64,000 bases of DNA, from IMG/VR virus record IMGVR_UViG_3300046011_004498, positions 8,848 through 72,847 of that record; one strand, written 5' to 3'. A program made the translations under genes and the position numbers. The first letter of the stretch is position 1. Each line of letters opens with the position of its first letter. A model generated the notes under the pieces. That model was not told the DNA's origin. It saw only the letters and a list, made by a program, of their open reading frames with translations, and did no database searches. The stretch is from a virus. This document shows, piece after piece, positions 8,881-19,900 of this stretch.

Positions 8881-11109
8881 ATGGGATTGTTTAGTTCTCG
8901 AAAAAAGACTTACGTCTCATCGGTAGTGTACAATCTGGCCGGTCCTGTAGAGGATCGGCCAGACTATCTCAAAAGCATTATGCTCGGGAGTCTTCTGACT
9001 CAGAAACAGTTTAACCCCGGTGAAGCGATTCGTGAGGGTTATAAAACTGGTGTTGGGTTACGTCTGCGTAGTTACCATCGCTGGGCTAGAACCAACTATA
9101 AACAGGTCGGTATCTCCACAGACAGGTTCTATGGGAAGCCTGAGTTTGATCCTGCTTCAGTAGCAGCAGCAATGCTGGCTGACTTCGAGATTGATGCTGA
9201 GATTGATTGGATCGATAGTGGTTCAGCTGAAATTGAAATGTGGGGTCGTCAGTGGATGAGGGAAAATCTCCCTCTGAAAGAACCAACTGACACTTGGAGA
9301 GTAGATTACGTTGAAGCTACTGGAGACGGTCTCATCGTTTTTGACGATGGCACTCCTAATGTTCTGTTCACACCAACAGGTTACAGAGGCACAGGAGATT
9401 ATCTCTATGTCGCTTATAGCCGTATCCTGACAATAAACAGAAGAACCAGTCCTCAACTGTTTATCTACCGTAGAGGTTCTGGCTCCTTAGCTTTAGATGC
9501 CCTGTTTTTGCTTGGAGCAACAACAGGTGAGTATCTTCCTCAGATTCCTCTTAGACATGAGAATCGGTTTCTGTCGGAAAGCTACAAACCTGAGGTCTAT
9601 GCTGAAGCAAAGAAAGCATACAAAAAAGCTTCAGGACAGAAGTATGATGAACTGATCAGCAAGATTGAGGAAAACCCTGATCTTGAAGACATCGACTTTG
9701 CCTACATATTCTTTGGTGTATCATTAAACACCGTGGATATGTCTTCACGTCGGTACATGTTTAGATACTTCAAGCATTTACTCGATAATCAGACAGTAAG
9801 CTCAAGTGCTTATGATGCTTGGCTCGCAAATCAAACAGATTTGAATGCTGATATAAACTCATGGACTGATTGGTATGGTGACCAACTGGTCTTTGATCCG
9901 GGATTACCTACTGTGGGTACTCAGCCCGTACGACCTGTTGTGGCTGCTGCTCCAGAAAACTATGTAATCATTGAGGATAAAGGACCGGGTAAAACTAATC
10001 TCAAGATCGAGATTAGCTGGAAAAGTATGACTCTTTCTACTGGGTCTGGTCTTGGCCGTCCTGAAGCCGTCAGAGGGGATGTTTGGTTCACCTTTGTCGG
10101 TAATGAAACAATTGTAGCTAGTGCATACACAACTGATGAAGTTGAGAATCTTACTATAGATACAATTGAAGCTTGGCACCAAGTATCAGATACTTCTTAT
10201 GAGAAGATTGTCATTAAGGGTATGGTTCATAAGAATCACATTTACAATGGTAAGTCAGTTACCATTACAGCAGCACAAGCTTTGCTGGATGAAAGTGATT
10301 CTGAATTCCTTATTCCAATTCGATATGACACCTTCAGAGAGATGTCATTAGTAGACTCAACACAAATGAGCACACAGTGTGTGAACATTGTGTTTAATTG
10401 CTATCAAATTGTAAAGAAGCCTTGGTATGCGAGAGGATGGTTTAAGGTATTTGTGTTTGTTGCTGTAGTGGTTCTTACCATTTTATATCCTCCTGCTGGT
10501 GCAGCCGCAGGTGCTGCAACAACAGTAGGTACTGCTGCGGTTACTATTATCACACTTAATGTGATTATTAACGCAATCATCAGCGTAGTGGTCAATATGA
10601 TCCTCAGTATGCTGCTGATGAAGATATTTACACACCTTGCTGTACAGGCTTTTGGTGAGAAAGTTGGTCAGATTGTTGCTGCTCTTGCTATGTTCATTAC
10701 AATGAACGTTGGTAACGCAATGGCATCTGGACAATCTTTAGCATCATCATTCTCAAATCTGATGTCTGCTTCAAACCTGTTAGCAATGACCAATGCTGTG
10801 GGTAATGCTTATGCTTCTATGGTGAATGTTGACACCATGGAGATGTTTAAGAAGACACAAGAACTCATTGATAAATACCGCCAAGAGTCCTTGGAATTAC
10901 AGGAACGGTATGCAGATCAATTTGGATATGGTACGGCACTGTTTAATCCAATGGCGCTGACTGAGGCTGCACAAAGCTTTTTCACAGAACCATCAGAGAC
11001 ATTCTTGTCTCGTACTTTATTGACAGGATCGGAGATTGCAGAGATGAGCAATAATCTGATTACAAACTTCGCGGAGCTTACGCTTCGCAATCCGTATAGC
11101 GAGGATTAA
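8881..11109 (+). CDS. N4 gp53-like virion protein with C-terminal hydrophobic segments
   Basis: MGLFSSRKKTYVSSVVYNLAG start, VFNCYQIVKKPWY, FLSRTLLTGSEIA. Confidence 0.85.
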   Translation: MGLFSSRKKTYVSSVVYNLAGPVEDRPDYLKSIMLGSLLTQKQFNPGEAIREGYKTGVGLRLRSYHRWARTNYKQVGISTDRFYGKPEFDPASVAAAMLADFEIDAEIDWIDSGSAEIEMWGRQWMRENLPLKEPTDTWRVDYVEATGDGLIVFDDGTPNVLFTPTGYRGTGDYLYVAYSRILTINRRTSPQLFIYRRGSGSLALDALFLLGATTGEYLPQIPLRHENRFLSESYKPEVYAEAKKAYKKASGQKYDELISKIEENPDLEDIDFAYIFFGVSLNTVDMSSRRYMFRYFKHLLDNQTVSSSAYDAWLANQTDLNADINSWTDWYGDQLVFDPGLPTVGTQPVRPVVAAAPENYVIIEDKGPGKTNLKIEISWKSMTLSTGSGLGRPEAVRGDVWFTFVGNETIVASAYTTDEVENLTIDTIEAWHQVSDTSYEKIVIKGMVHKNHIYNGKSVTITAAQALLDESDSEFLIPIRYDTFREMSLVDSTQMSTQCVNIVFNCYQIVKKPWYARGWFKVFVFVAVVVLTILYPPAGAAAGAATTVGTAAVTIITLNVIINAIISVVVNMILSMLLMKIFTHLAVQAFGEKVGQIVAALAMFITMNVGNAMASGQSLASSFSNLMSASNLLAMTNAVGNAYASMVNVDTMEMFKKTQELIDKYRQESLELQERYADQFGYGTALFNPMALTEAAQSFFTEPSETFLSRTLLTGSEIAEMSNNLITNFAELTLRNPYSED

Positions 11110-11111
11110 CA

Positions 11112-11660
11112 ATGAACGGCTGGCAAGGTTTATTCTCCGTACCCAGTGCTCCTCCTATTGGCTCACTCGGTAACATCAATACAGGTCCGGGTGGTTGGCC
11201 GGGAGCTTACGCTGGAAATATTCCAGGACTTAGAAGTGCTCAGCCTTTTAGTAATTATGGGCCTGTACCAGCTGATCTGAACACCGGACTTGGTTTTGGT
11301 CCTCCTCCGTCTGCATCCGATATGTCAGCAAATGCTGCATTTGGTAATGGTAACGGAATGAATAGAGGTTGGTTTGGAGTTGATGGATTAGGAAAGAATC
11401 TTGGTACTCTCCAACTTGGTATTGGGACTCTTGCTGCTGGTGCTAATATTTGGAATAGTCTCCAACAAAATAAACTAGCTAAAGCTAGTTTTAATCATCA
11501 AAAAGGTCTGCTTGATACCAATCTTGCAAACCAAATTAAAGCATTTAACCTTCAGCTTGATGATAAGCTTCGCTCTCGTCAGGTAGTTGAGGGCACCTCT
11601 GATGCTTCTAGAGAAGAAGCACGTAAGAGGTGGGAAGCTCGTGACGAACGTAGAGGATAA
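11112..11660 (+). CDS. N4 gp52-like small ejection protein
   Basis: Gly-rich, NLANQIKAFNLQLDDKLRSR; synteny; no Cys. Confidence 0.75.
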   Translation: MNGWQGLFSVPSAPPIGSLGNINTGPGGWPGAYAGNIPGLRSAQPFSNYGPVPADLNTGLGFGPPPSASDMSANAAFGNGNGMNRGWFGVDGLGKNLGTLQLGIGTLAAGANIWNSLQQNKLAKASFNHQKGLLDTNLANQIKAFNLQLDDKLRSRQVVEGTSDASREEARKRWEARDERRG

Positions 11661-11666
11661 AGCCTG

Positions 11667-13886
11667 ATGGCTCGTATTGAATGGCAACCTCTGGCGATCC
11701 CTGACATTGGGGAATCAGCCCTTAGAGCTCAGTCTGCTGCTGGCGCTTCTGTACGTAGCGCGTTCCAAGACCTGTCTGGTGTGGTTGATCAATGGAAAGG
11801 TCAACGTAGAGAAGAAAACCTTACTGAGCTTTATCGTCGTCAAAATAGATTTGCCTTAGGCGCTGTCGGTCCTGACGGTAAACCTACAGGTATGCCTGAC
11901 GTTGCAGGATACGTCGGTGATCTTGCTGACGGTGATCTGATGGGTGATCTCAGCTACTTAACAGCTGCTGATATAGCAAATGCTCGGGACTACTTAGGAA
12001 CACTGCGTAGTGGTAGAGCAGCTGAGACGGCTTATGCTGACGGTAGGGTAGATCGTACATTTACTCTTGATGAAAGAACTCGTGAAGCAGCAGATCGTGA
12101 GGCTGGTATTGCCGTTCAGCGTGGTCTTTATGATTTAGCAACTCAATTAGAAACGGGTCAGATTACACGAGAAGTGTATGATGAAAGAGCTGCGCCCTTA
12201 CTAAGACAAGCCAGAACAGCTGCTCAAATTGAAAATATTAGTGGTACAAGAAGCAGATCAATAGCAGCTGCACAGGCACAGTATACTTGGGATAGAAGTG
12301 TTCTTGAGGATACTCAGAATGACCGAGTTCAAGCTATTCTGAACCAAATTACGACGAATAATGTTGATCAGTTTGGTGCTCTTACTCAGTTAAACAGAGA
12401 CTTTAGCAATGAAGATGCTAAAGTTATTAATGCTGTAAGAAGTGCTATTCCGGGTGCATTTGATGTTCTTAACTCTGCTTTAGATGAACAAACTCTTCCG
12501 GGTACACCGGGAGCACCTAGTGCTCCTGGTTCCTTTGCTGGAACTCCTAGTGGAGGTGTTTATGATACTGTTCTTGGTAATGGACAGTTTGGGCAACCTC
12601 CAAAACCAATCAGTGAAATGACAGTTGCTGAGGCAATTTCCTTTGGTCGAAATGTGTTAATTCCTAACACAAGAGGAAATCGTCAACTTGGTTTACCGCC
12701 TACACTTGGTTCATCCGCTGTTGGTGCATATCAGTTTACTCAAGAAACTTTAGCCGATTTTGCACCTCGTGTTCTTGGTCCTAATTGGGCCAGTGAAGTT
12801 ATGTCTGGAGAGAACCAAGAGAAGTTAGCTCAAGCTATTTTCCAGAGCACTAGAGGTCAGCCTTCTGCATTAAGAGCACGTTGGCAGGGTCTTCAGAATA
12901 TGTCTGATAGTGACCTTCGTGCTCTTGGTTCTATGCCGTGGGAACAAGCAAGAAATGAAATTGTAAAAGTTGAAACTGGCGGTCAACTTCCCGGTCCCAC
13001 CAATCCTTCACTTGTAAGAACAACTCAAGGAAACTTACAAAGAGGTGTAAATGTTGGTACAGATACTGGTGCTGGTGGTCGTAATACTACTTTAGCTGCT
13101 GGTTATCTTGCTGCTACAAGACTTCCAACAGACACTGATGCACAGGCTGTGGCTTTAGAGCTTGTTGGTGAAGGAAGTCCTTTTGCAGGACAACAAACAC
13201 ATCGTTTAAGAGAAGATGTTCAGAATTTAATGAACCAAGCAAATGTCACAGCACCTGTTGCGGCATGGGCTTTACGTTCAACTGCAAGAAATCGTGGATT
13301 AGGGGAAAGATTCTGGTCATTTGCAGAAGGCAATAGAGGTGCATCTGCTCCTAATCGTGAAGCAGCTCTTGTTCTCATTCGTCGTGTTCAAAACGGTGAT
13401 ATGCAGGGTCAAGTTGAAGTAGTTAGCAGAAGTCAGGAACTTCAAACCAACTTAGCTGCGGCTCAAGCAGAAGAAGCACGAGCAAGAGCAGTTTATACAA
13501 GAATGACTCAAGCCCAAGCAGCAGGTAATGGTAGAGCAGATATTTCGAGATATGCTCAAGCTGTTGAAGTAGCTGCTGCAAGAGTAGCTGCCATAAGAGC
13601 ACAAGCTAATGATCCTACAATTAGTAGGACTAATGGTCAGGCTGGTTCCTACTTAAATGATTGGAGTACAGTTGGTGCTAGAGATGGAAGTCTTGTTAAT
13701 AGGTTTTTAGGCGGTAACGTAGTAAGTGATCTGGTTAGACAACCTACTAGAAGTCAAGTTGTTCAAAGAGGAAGTGCTCCAAGGTTTGTAGGAGGTCAGT
13801 TAGTGAGGGGGGCACAACCTGCCCCAGCACCTACTAGAACCAGAACACCTCCTAGATTTACCCAGCGTCCTAGAGAGCCGAGATAA
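11667..13886 (+). CDS. N4 gp51-like ejection protein with internal lysozyme-like domain
   Basis: Precedes vRNAP; MARIEW start; SSAVGAYQF..ETL and ENQEKLA motifs; no Cys. Confidence 0.75.
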   Translation: MARIEWQPLAIPDIGESALRAQSAAGASVRSAFQDLSGVVDQWKGQRREENLTELYRRQNRFALGAVGPDGKPTGMPDVAGYVGDLADGDLMGDLSYLTAADIANARDYLGTLRSGRAAETAYADGRVDRTFTLDERTREAADREAGIAVQRGLYDLATQLETGQITREVYDERAAPLLRQARTAAQIENISGTRSRSIAAAQAQYTWDRSVLEDTQNDRVQAILNQITTNNVDQFGALTQLNRDFSNEDAKVINAVRSAIPGAFDVLNSALDEQTLPGTPGAPSAPGSFAGTPSGGVYDTVLGNGQFGQPPKPISEMTVAEAISFGRNVLIPNTRGNRQLGLPPTLGSSAVGAYQFTQETLADFAPRVLGPNWASEVMSGENQEKLAQAIFQSTRGQPSALRARWQGLQNMSDSDLRALGSMPWEQARNEIVKVETGGQLPGPTNPSLVRTTQGNLQRGVNVGTDTGAGGRNTTLAAGYLAATRLPTDTDAQAVALELVGEGSPFAGQQTHRLREDVQNLMNQANVTAPVAAWALRSTARNRGLGERFWSFAEGNRGASAPNREAALVLIRRVQNGDMQGQVEVVSRSQELQTNLAAAQAEEARARAVYTRMTQAQAAGNGRADISRYAQAVEVAAARVAAIRAQANDPTISRTNGQAGSYLNDWSTVGARDGSLVNRFLGGNVVSDLVRQPTRSQVVQRGSAPRFVGGQLVRGAQPAPAPTRTRTPPRFTQRPREPR

Positions 13887-13892
13887 TCTAAG

Positions 13893-13932
13893 AAAAAAGA
13901 AAGCTCCTCACATATTGTGGGGAGCTTTTTTT
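13893..13932. terminator. bidirectional-type intrinsic terminator upstream of vRNAP
   Basis: A run, AAAGCTCCTCACA-tat-TGTGGGGAGCTTT, T run. Confidence 0.85.
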
Positions 13933-13979
13933 CTGATACAGAAGACGGGTTATCCTGCATTTGCACGGGCCGTTATATT

Positions 13980-16900
13980 ATGTCGAACGAACGTTTCCTT
14001 TCAGCAGTTCCTCAAGAAGCTGTAGAACCTGACTATTATAATGTAGGTGCTGCAAGATACCGAGGTAATGGATCGTTAGTTCCGAACGAACGCTTCCAAG
14101 ATGCCCGCACAATGAATGCGGATGAGTTGGTAGCAAAATACGGCGAAGAGCAGGGCTTACAAATTCTTCGAGCTCGTGCAGGTGGGGATGCCTCTTTTCA
14201 CGGAGATTTAGCATCTACTCGTTCAGGTCTTGCCCCTATAACAGATACAGCAGGTAGTGCTGCTACTGCTCTGTTTGGTGGATTAGGTGGTATTGCTGCT
14301 CTCGGTACTGGTCTTGTTAATCAAGATGCAGGTGTTGGTTTAGCAGACATCGTAAATGAAAATAGTGCTTGGGCCAGAGAGAACCAATCCTATGCTTTGA
14401 ATGCACGACGTAGAGCGTCAGCTGCACAAGCAAATGTTAGTTCTGCTGATAACCAAGCACGTTATGAACAAGAGCGAGAAGATGGTGAGGGTTTAGCCAC
14501 TATCAGACGTATTGGTCGTAACTTTGTTGATCAATCTGCCATTACTGTCAGCGATGGAATGCTGGTAACAGACAGTGTTGCTCAGGGCGTTGGTTCACTT
14601 GCTGGTGGTGGTGTAGTTTCCGGTGGCTTGAAAGCAATTGGTAGACAAGCTCTTACACGTTTTGGAGCTGGTCGTTCTGCTGCTGTAGCTATTGCTCAGC
14701 CTCGTGTTTACGATGCAGCTGTCGCTACTGGTCGAGTTCTCGACCGTAGTCGTATGTCTTTAGCTATTGGTGCGCTTGAGGGTGGTGGTGCTTACACAGG
14801 CACAATCGATCAAGTGATGGCAATGTCTCATGATGAGCTTCTTGAAAGCTCTCAGATGTACAGAGAGCTTATTGATGCTGGTATCAATCCAGCCAGAGCA
14901 AAAGCTAGAGTTGCTAATAGAGCCGGTCAGATAGCTGCTGCAATCCAAGCACCTATCGGTGTAGCAACTGGTGCTTTAGTATCTAAGTTTGAAGCCAATC
15001 CTTTACGTGCTGGCTCATTCTTAACTGGTGCTTCTAACGTTCTTAAAGAGACAGTTGAAGAAGGTATTCAATCTGGTTCAGGCCAGTTTGCCCAAAACGT
15101 TGGTATTAGGTCTGCGGCAGATAATGAATATAACTTAAGCCAAGGTGTCGGTGAAGCTTCTGCTGAAGGAGCTATCGCTGGTGCTGGTACAGCAGGTGTG
15201 TTTGCTGGTCCTTCGGCAGTTATGGGTACAACAAGAGATTTAGCCCAAGGTGCTGCTGATTTAACTAGAAGACAGATTGATTCTCTTATTAATAAAGGAA
15301 GAGAAGAAAACAATCGTAATAGTGTTGATGCTCAAGCAGAGATTTCAAACGTTGTTAGAGCTGCTGTAGCTCCTAAAGTTTATGTTCCTACACAAACTGA
15401 AGGCATTGATCCTATCGATGATGAAGCTGAATTTACTACATACCAGAATGACTTAGCTGCTTTGGGTCAGCAGTTTGGGTTTGATCCTCAAACTTATGAA
15501 CCAAAGACAGAAGCTGAAGCACGTCTGTTAGGTAGTATTCCTGCCGAGGAAGCTTCCAACATTATTGATGTGATGCAAGCAGCTGCCAATAGAATGGCAG
15601 AGCAAGATGCTACACCTGAAGAACGTCTTGAACTGGCTCTGTTTATTCATGAACAACAGAACAGAATTACACCTGAGAATCTTGAAGCTGTCAGAGCATT
15701 ACAGGCTAAAGTAACACCCGGTGGTGCTATTGCTAATGATCTGAAAACAATCATTACTGCTCAAGCAGCTATTACAGACAACATCCTTTTCAAGGATAGT
15801 CTTGAAGCTGCGCTGAAATCTGTACCTCCGATAAAGGTTGAAGATGTTGAAGATATTTCGACGCCGGAAGGTCAAAGGGCTGCAAGGACGGGTGCCCTTC
15901 AAACTATGCTCTTCCCGGAGACCGTACCCCAAGAAGTTCTCGACAGACTGTTCAAACACTCTGAGAATGACGATGCAGGCGAAATCTTTACGCCGCAGCA
16001 AAAGGTCGCTCTTCGTACCGAAGCTATGCTCTCAAAGACGCTCCAAGCGTCCACAGCTGCCGCTGAAGTCTTGGGTGTTAAGCCTCCCGAAGCATCTCGT
16101 GTAGCCTTTGAAATCCAGTCTGCTGATGCTCAGGAAGCTGGCTCAGCAGGGCCATCTGTTCGTGCTCACACAGAAGGTGTGAACAGACTGAAGGCCATGG
16201 GTGACACTGCTGGTGCAGCTGAAATGCTGGCTGAGTTTGGTAACTTTGCTCAGCACATGGCTAACAAATTAGCTGCTGTGAATGAGTCGTTCGTTGGTCG
16301 TACTGAAAAGAACTATAATCCTGAAGTTTTTTATCAAGCCTACAATAGAAAAACTAAGGAATGGTACACACCCAAAAAGGGTTGGACTGTTGCTCGTTTT
16401 GGTAAGAATCTGAAGTCAATTGTGGATTCTCAGCAGATTGGTATCGATGCTGAGTACACTATTGATTCGTATAACCAGTTAGTTGCAGAAAATCCTGAAC
16501 TTGGTCTTAAGCCTGTTGAAGCTATCCGTATGGATTCTGGGCTTAAAAAGATTGCTGATCAGGTGTTCAAAGATGCTAAGAAAGCAGACTTTGATGAAAA
16601 GAATCCTGATATTGTAGCTAAACGTAGTGAATCTACTACAATTGAAACAAAACAACAAAATAATACAACAGATACTAAATCAACTGAAAAGAAAGTTGAA
16701 CCTGTTGTAGAGCCAGATATCAAACCTTCTGTTGTTGTTGATGATCTTAAGAATGAATCTATTCCTACTCTCGTTGCACTTCTGAAAGAAGTACAAGAAC
16801 TTAAGGATGAAGTTAAGTTTGAACGAGTTGCATCTGAACTTCGTGTTCGTAAACTTGAAGCTGAAGCAGCAAAAAATGCTGCTCAAGTTCAAGCAGCTGA

Positions 16901-19900
16901 AGTAGTCGCAGAACCGAAGGCGGAGCCGGAGGTTCAAGCGACGGAAGAAGCTGCGCCTGTTGAAAAGAAAACTACTTCTATCAAAGAAGAGTTTCCTGAT
17001 CTGATCCAATCTACATCTGGAGAGAACCTGCTTCTTGATGGCTTCTCCCTAGATGGGGAAAGTCAGACTCGTTTGGTTGGTGAAGGTGCTATTGCATTAG
17101 AAGATGTCATAGCAGCGGTAACCAATTCAGATGCTTTTGCAGAGATTACTGAAGAGCCTGAAGCAAAGCTTTCTGGTGATGTCACTCGTGCGTACAGCAA
17201 AGTTATGGGTGCTATTCGCCTCCCAATTTACACCCGGTTAATGGCTAGGTTTGCTGGAAGACGACTGAAAAAGAACGAGAAAATCTTTACGCCTGTTATG
17301 GATGGCAGAACGCCTTTGGATAAGAGTGATCCTCTTGGGATTGCCAACACCGAAGCACGCCTGCTCAGCTTGATGGAACGTAAAGAAGACGGTTCTCTGA
17401 ACTATAACGACAAGATTCTGACAGCAGGCTTACTGGCCTTAGCCGATTGGTTGGCTCAGAACAGTGTAACTTCGCCTCATAGAGATGCCGACAGTGTTGC
17501 AAGATCACTTAATCTTACTCGTCAACCTATGTTGGTTGATGAGGAACTGGTGAATGCATTTAATAAAGGTACTAATATTACGATAGCACAACGTTCATTA
17601 GCTAATAAGATTGAAAGATATCTTGGTCTTAAAGCAAATGCAGACGTTCCTATTGGTCTTTCTCATGGTGTGACCTTAGGCTTTGCTGCTGAACTTCTTC
17701 GTGCAGCTGTTGAAGCAAAGTTTGTTCAGACTGAATCTGTTTATAAGTCTGATGAGTTTAACTTTGTGTTTGTTAACGTGAACACAGATGAATTAGGTCT
17801 TGCTAAGTATGGGCAAGAAGGACCTAACTTTAAGGGTCAAACCAGACTCATTGAACGTATCGTCACAAATGATGAGAGAGCGGTTGGGTTTGCTCTGAAG
17901 CCTTCCGGTTTTGCTAAGAAAAAACAGAAGGGTGGTAATGCTGTTACGACGCCCGAGCAGATGGATACAGAGGTTCGTGAAAACGCTGTAGGTCACGGAC
18001 TGAACATGCCTGTGTACGAGCGTTACGCACGCCTTGGTCCTGATGGTATGCTGCGCCTGTTTGGTAATGGTGTGCTGCCGCCTACCATGAACAAGAACAC
18101 AAGGCTGTCCAAAGAGAGCCAGAATACTTCTGTGAAGGGAGCCTTCCAGACGATCTTAGGTCTGATTGATCAGATGCAGACGGCTGTTAGTACAGCTACT
18201 TCTGCCGCTGAACTTAAAGATATTCGTGTGTATTATGAGTACATCTTTACCTCTGTAAATCGTATGCAGCAGCAAGCTGCTTACGGGAACCAATCATCTA
18301 AGATGGTTCGAGAGGTTCTGACTCCTAACGGTAACGTTGTAGACTTATCTTCTACAGACACTGCTGATTATCAAATGTGGCGTAGAGGTCTGGCTCAGGC
18401 TTTAGGTATTAAAGTTGAACTCCAGTTTGATAGTGTCTGGGATGCTAACTTAGAGAAAATCTTGCAAAGCGAAGAAACACAGAAAGCTGTTTCTATGCTT
18501 CAAAACTATACCAATGTTGAGCCAAATGCTCTCATTGATGCTGTGAAGGATGTATTCCGCAATAAGAATAACCCTCTAATTGATCCTGAAGTTCCTGAAG
18601 TAGGGTTCCATGCTTTAGTATCTTACGCCGATTATCTGACAGCTAAAGCGAACGGAACAGCATCTGCCTTTACCACTCACATCTATGTGGAAGCAGACGG
18701 TAAAGTGGACGGTGCCACTAACTCGCTGTTCTATATGAGACTGGGTGGTTTTGATCTTGAGATGATTGAAGCCCTGACAAGAGGTGGTTTCGACTTCAGC
18801 AAGACACCTATCTCATTGGCTCAAACCTATGAGCCTAATGCAGAGGGTGTTGTTCCCGGAGATGCATATCAAGTCAGTGGTGTTCGCACTGGTGTCTATA
18901 TGCAGGAGACAATCCAGAATGTGATTTCCAAGGCTAATGATTCTGCTCAAAAGTCTAAGCTTATCAATCAAGTTGAGGCAATGAACATCGTCATGACAAC
19001 GCTGCTTGGCTCTAAGGAGTTCAGGTATAAGCGAGATGGTGAGCAGTGGAATTTCGAGATCGGTCGTGGGCAGCTGAAAAACCCCATGACAATTACTGTC
19101 TATGGTTCAGGTGTTAAGGGCATTGCTGACAAAGTAGCCAAAGAGCTGGCTGGTAAATTGTATGAAGAAATTTCCAGAGCCAATGCATTAGCTGTTCAGA
19201 ATAAACAGCCCGATAACTGGGCTACTTTCATGTTCTATGATGGTGGTAAATTTACAGAAAGTGCCACTAAATCTGTGACATTCTGGAAAGCTCTTGATGT
19301 TCTGACTTCTGCAAGTGTTCGTAGTTTCACCGACGATGGTGGTCAGCAGAAATATTATACCAAGAAAATGGATGAAGCCCGTGCTCCGGGAACTTCAACA
19401 TCTGCTGTTCAGTACACACTGAAAGCTCAAACTTTAGAACTGTTGTCTGATACAATTAGACAGTTCTACGTAAGGCCAATGGTTGATGCTATCAACAAGG
19501 AGATGGGTTCATCTATTGATGGTTCTAAGTTGATTCAAGAATCAACAAACTTACTGTCCTCGTTAGCTAGAGCAGCATTTGATCGACTCATCGCAGTTGA
19601 GATGCAGAAGATCAAAAACAAGAGCGATGGTCTGTCTCCTAACCAGATCAAAACCATCATGTCTAAGGTAGCTTTCCTGCTTCCTTACATTGAAGGTGAT
19701 GAGATCAATATCAACGTTAAGGGACTGGAGATGTCCCCAATTAACGTAATTGATCCTAAGACAGGTAAACCAAGCAGAATTCCATACGCATCGACCATGA
19801 ATGGTCCTATTTTCACGCAGTTGGAAATTCCTACACCGCAGATCGCAGGTGTGGCTGGTGGTTCATATCTGAACATTGCTTATGGTGATGGTCGTATGAT

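Noticed and set aside
13917-13979. N-terminal extension of vRNAP in the ORF track
   Set aside because: Starts inside the terminator hairpin and contains the only Cys residues; ATG 13980 is more plausible.
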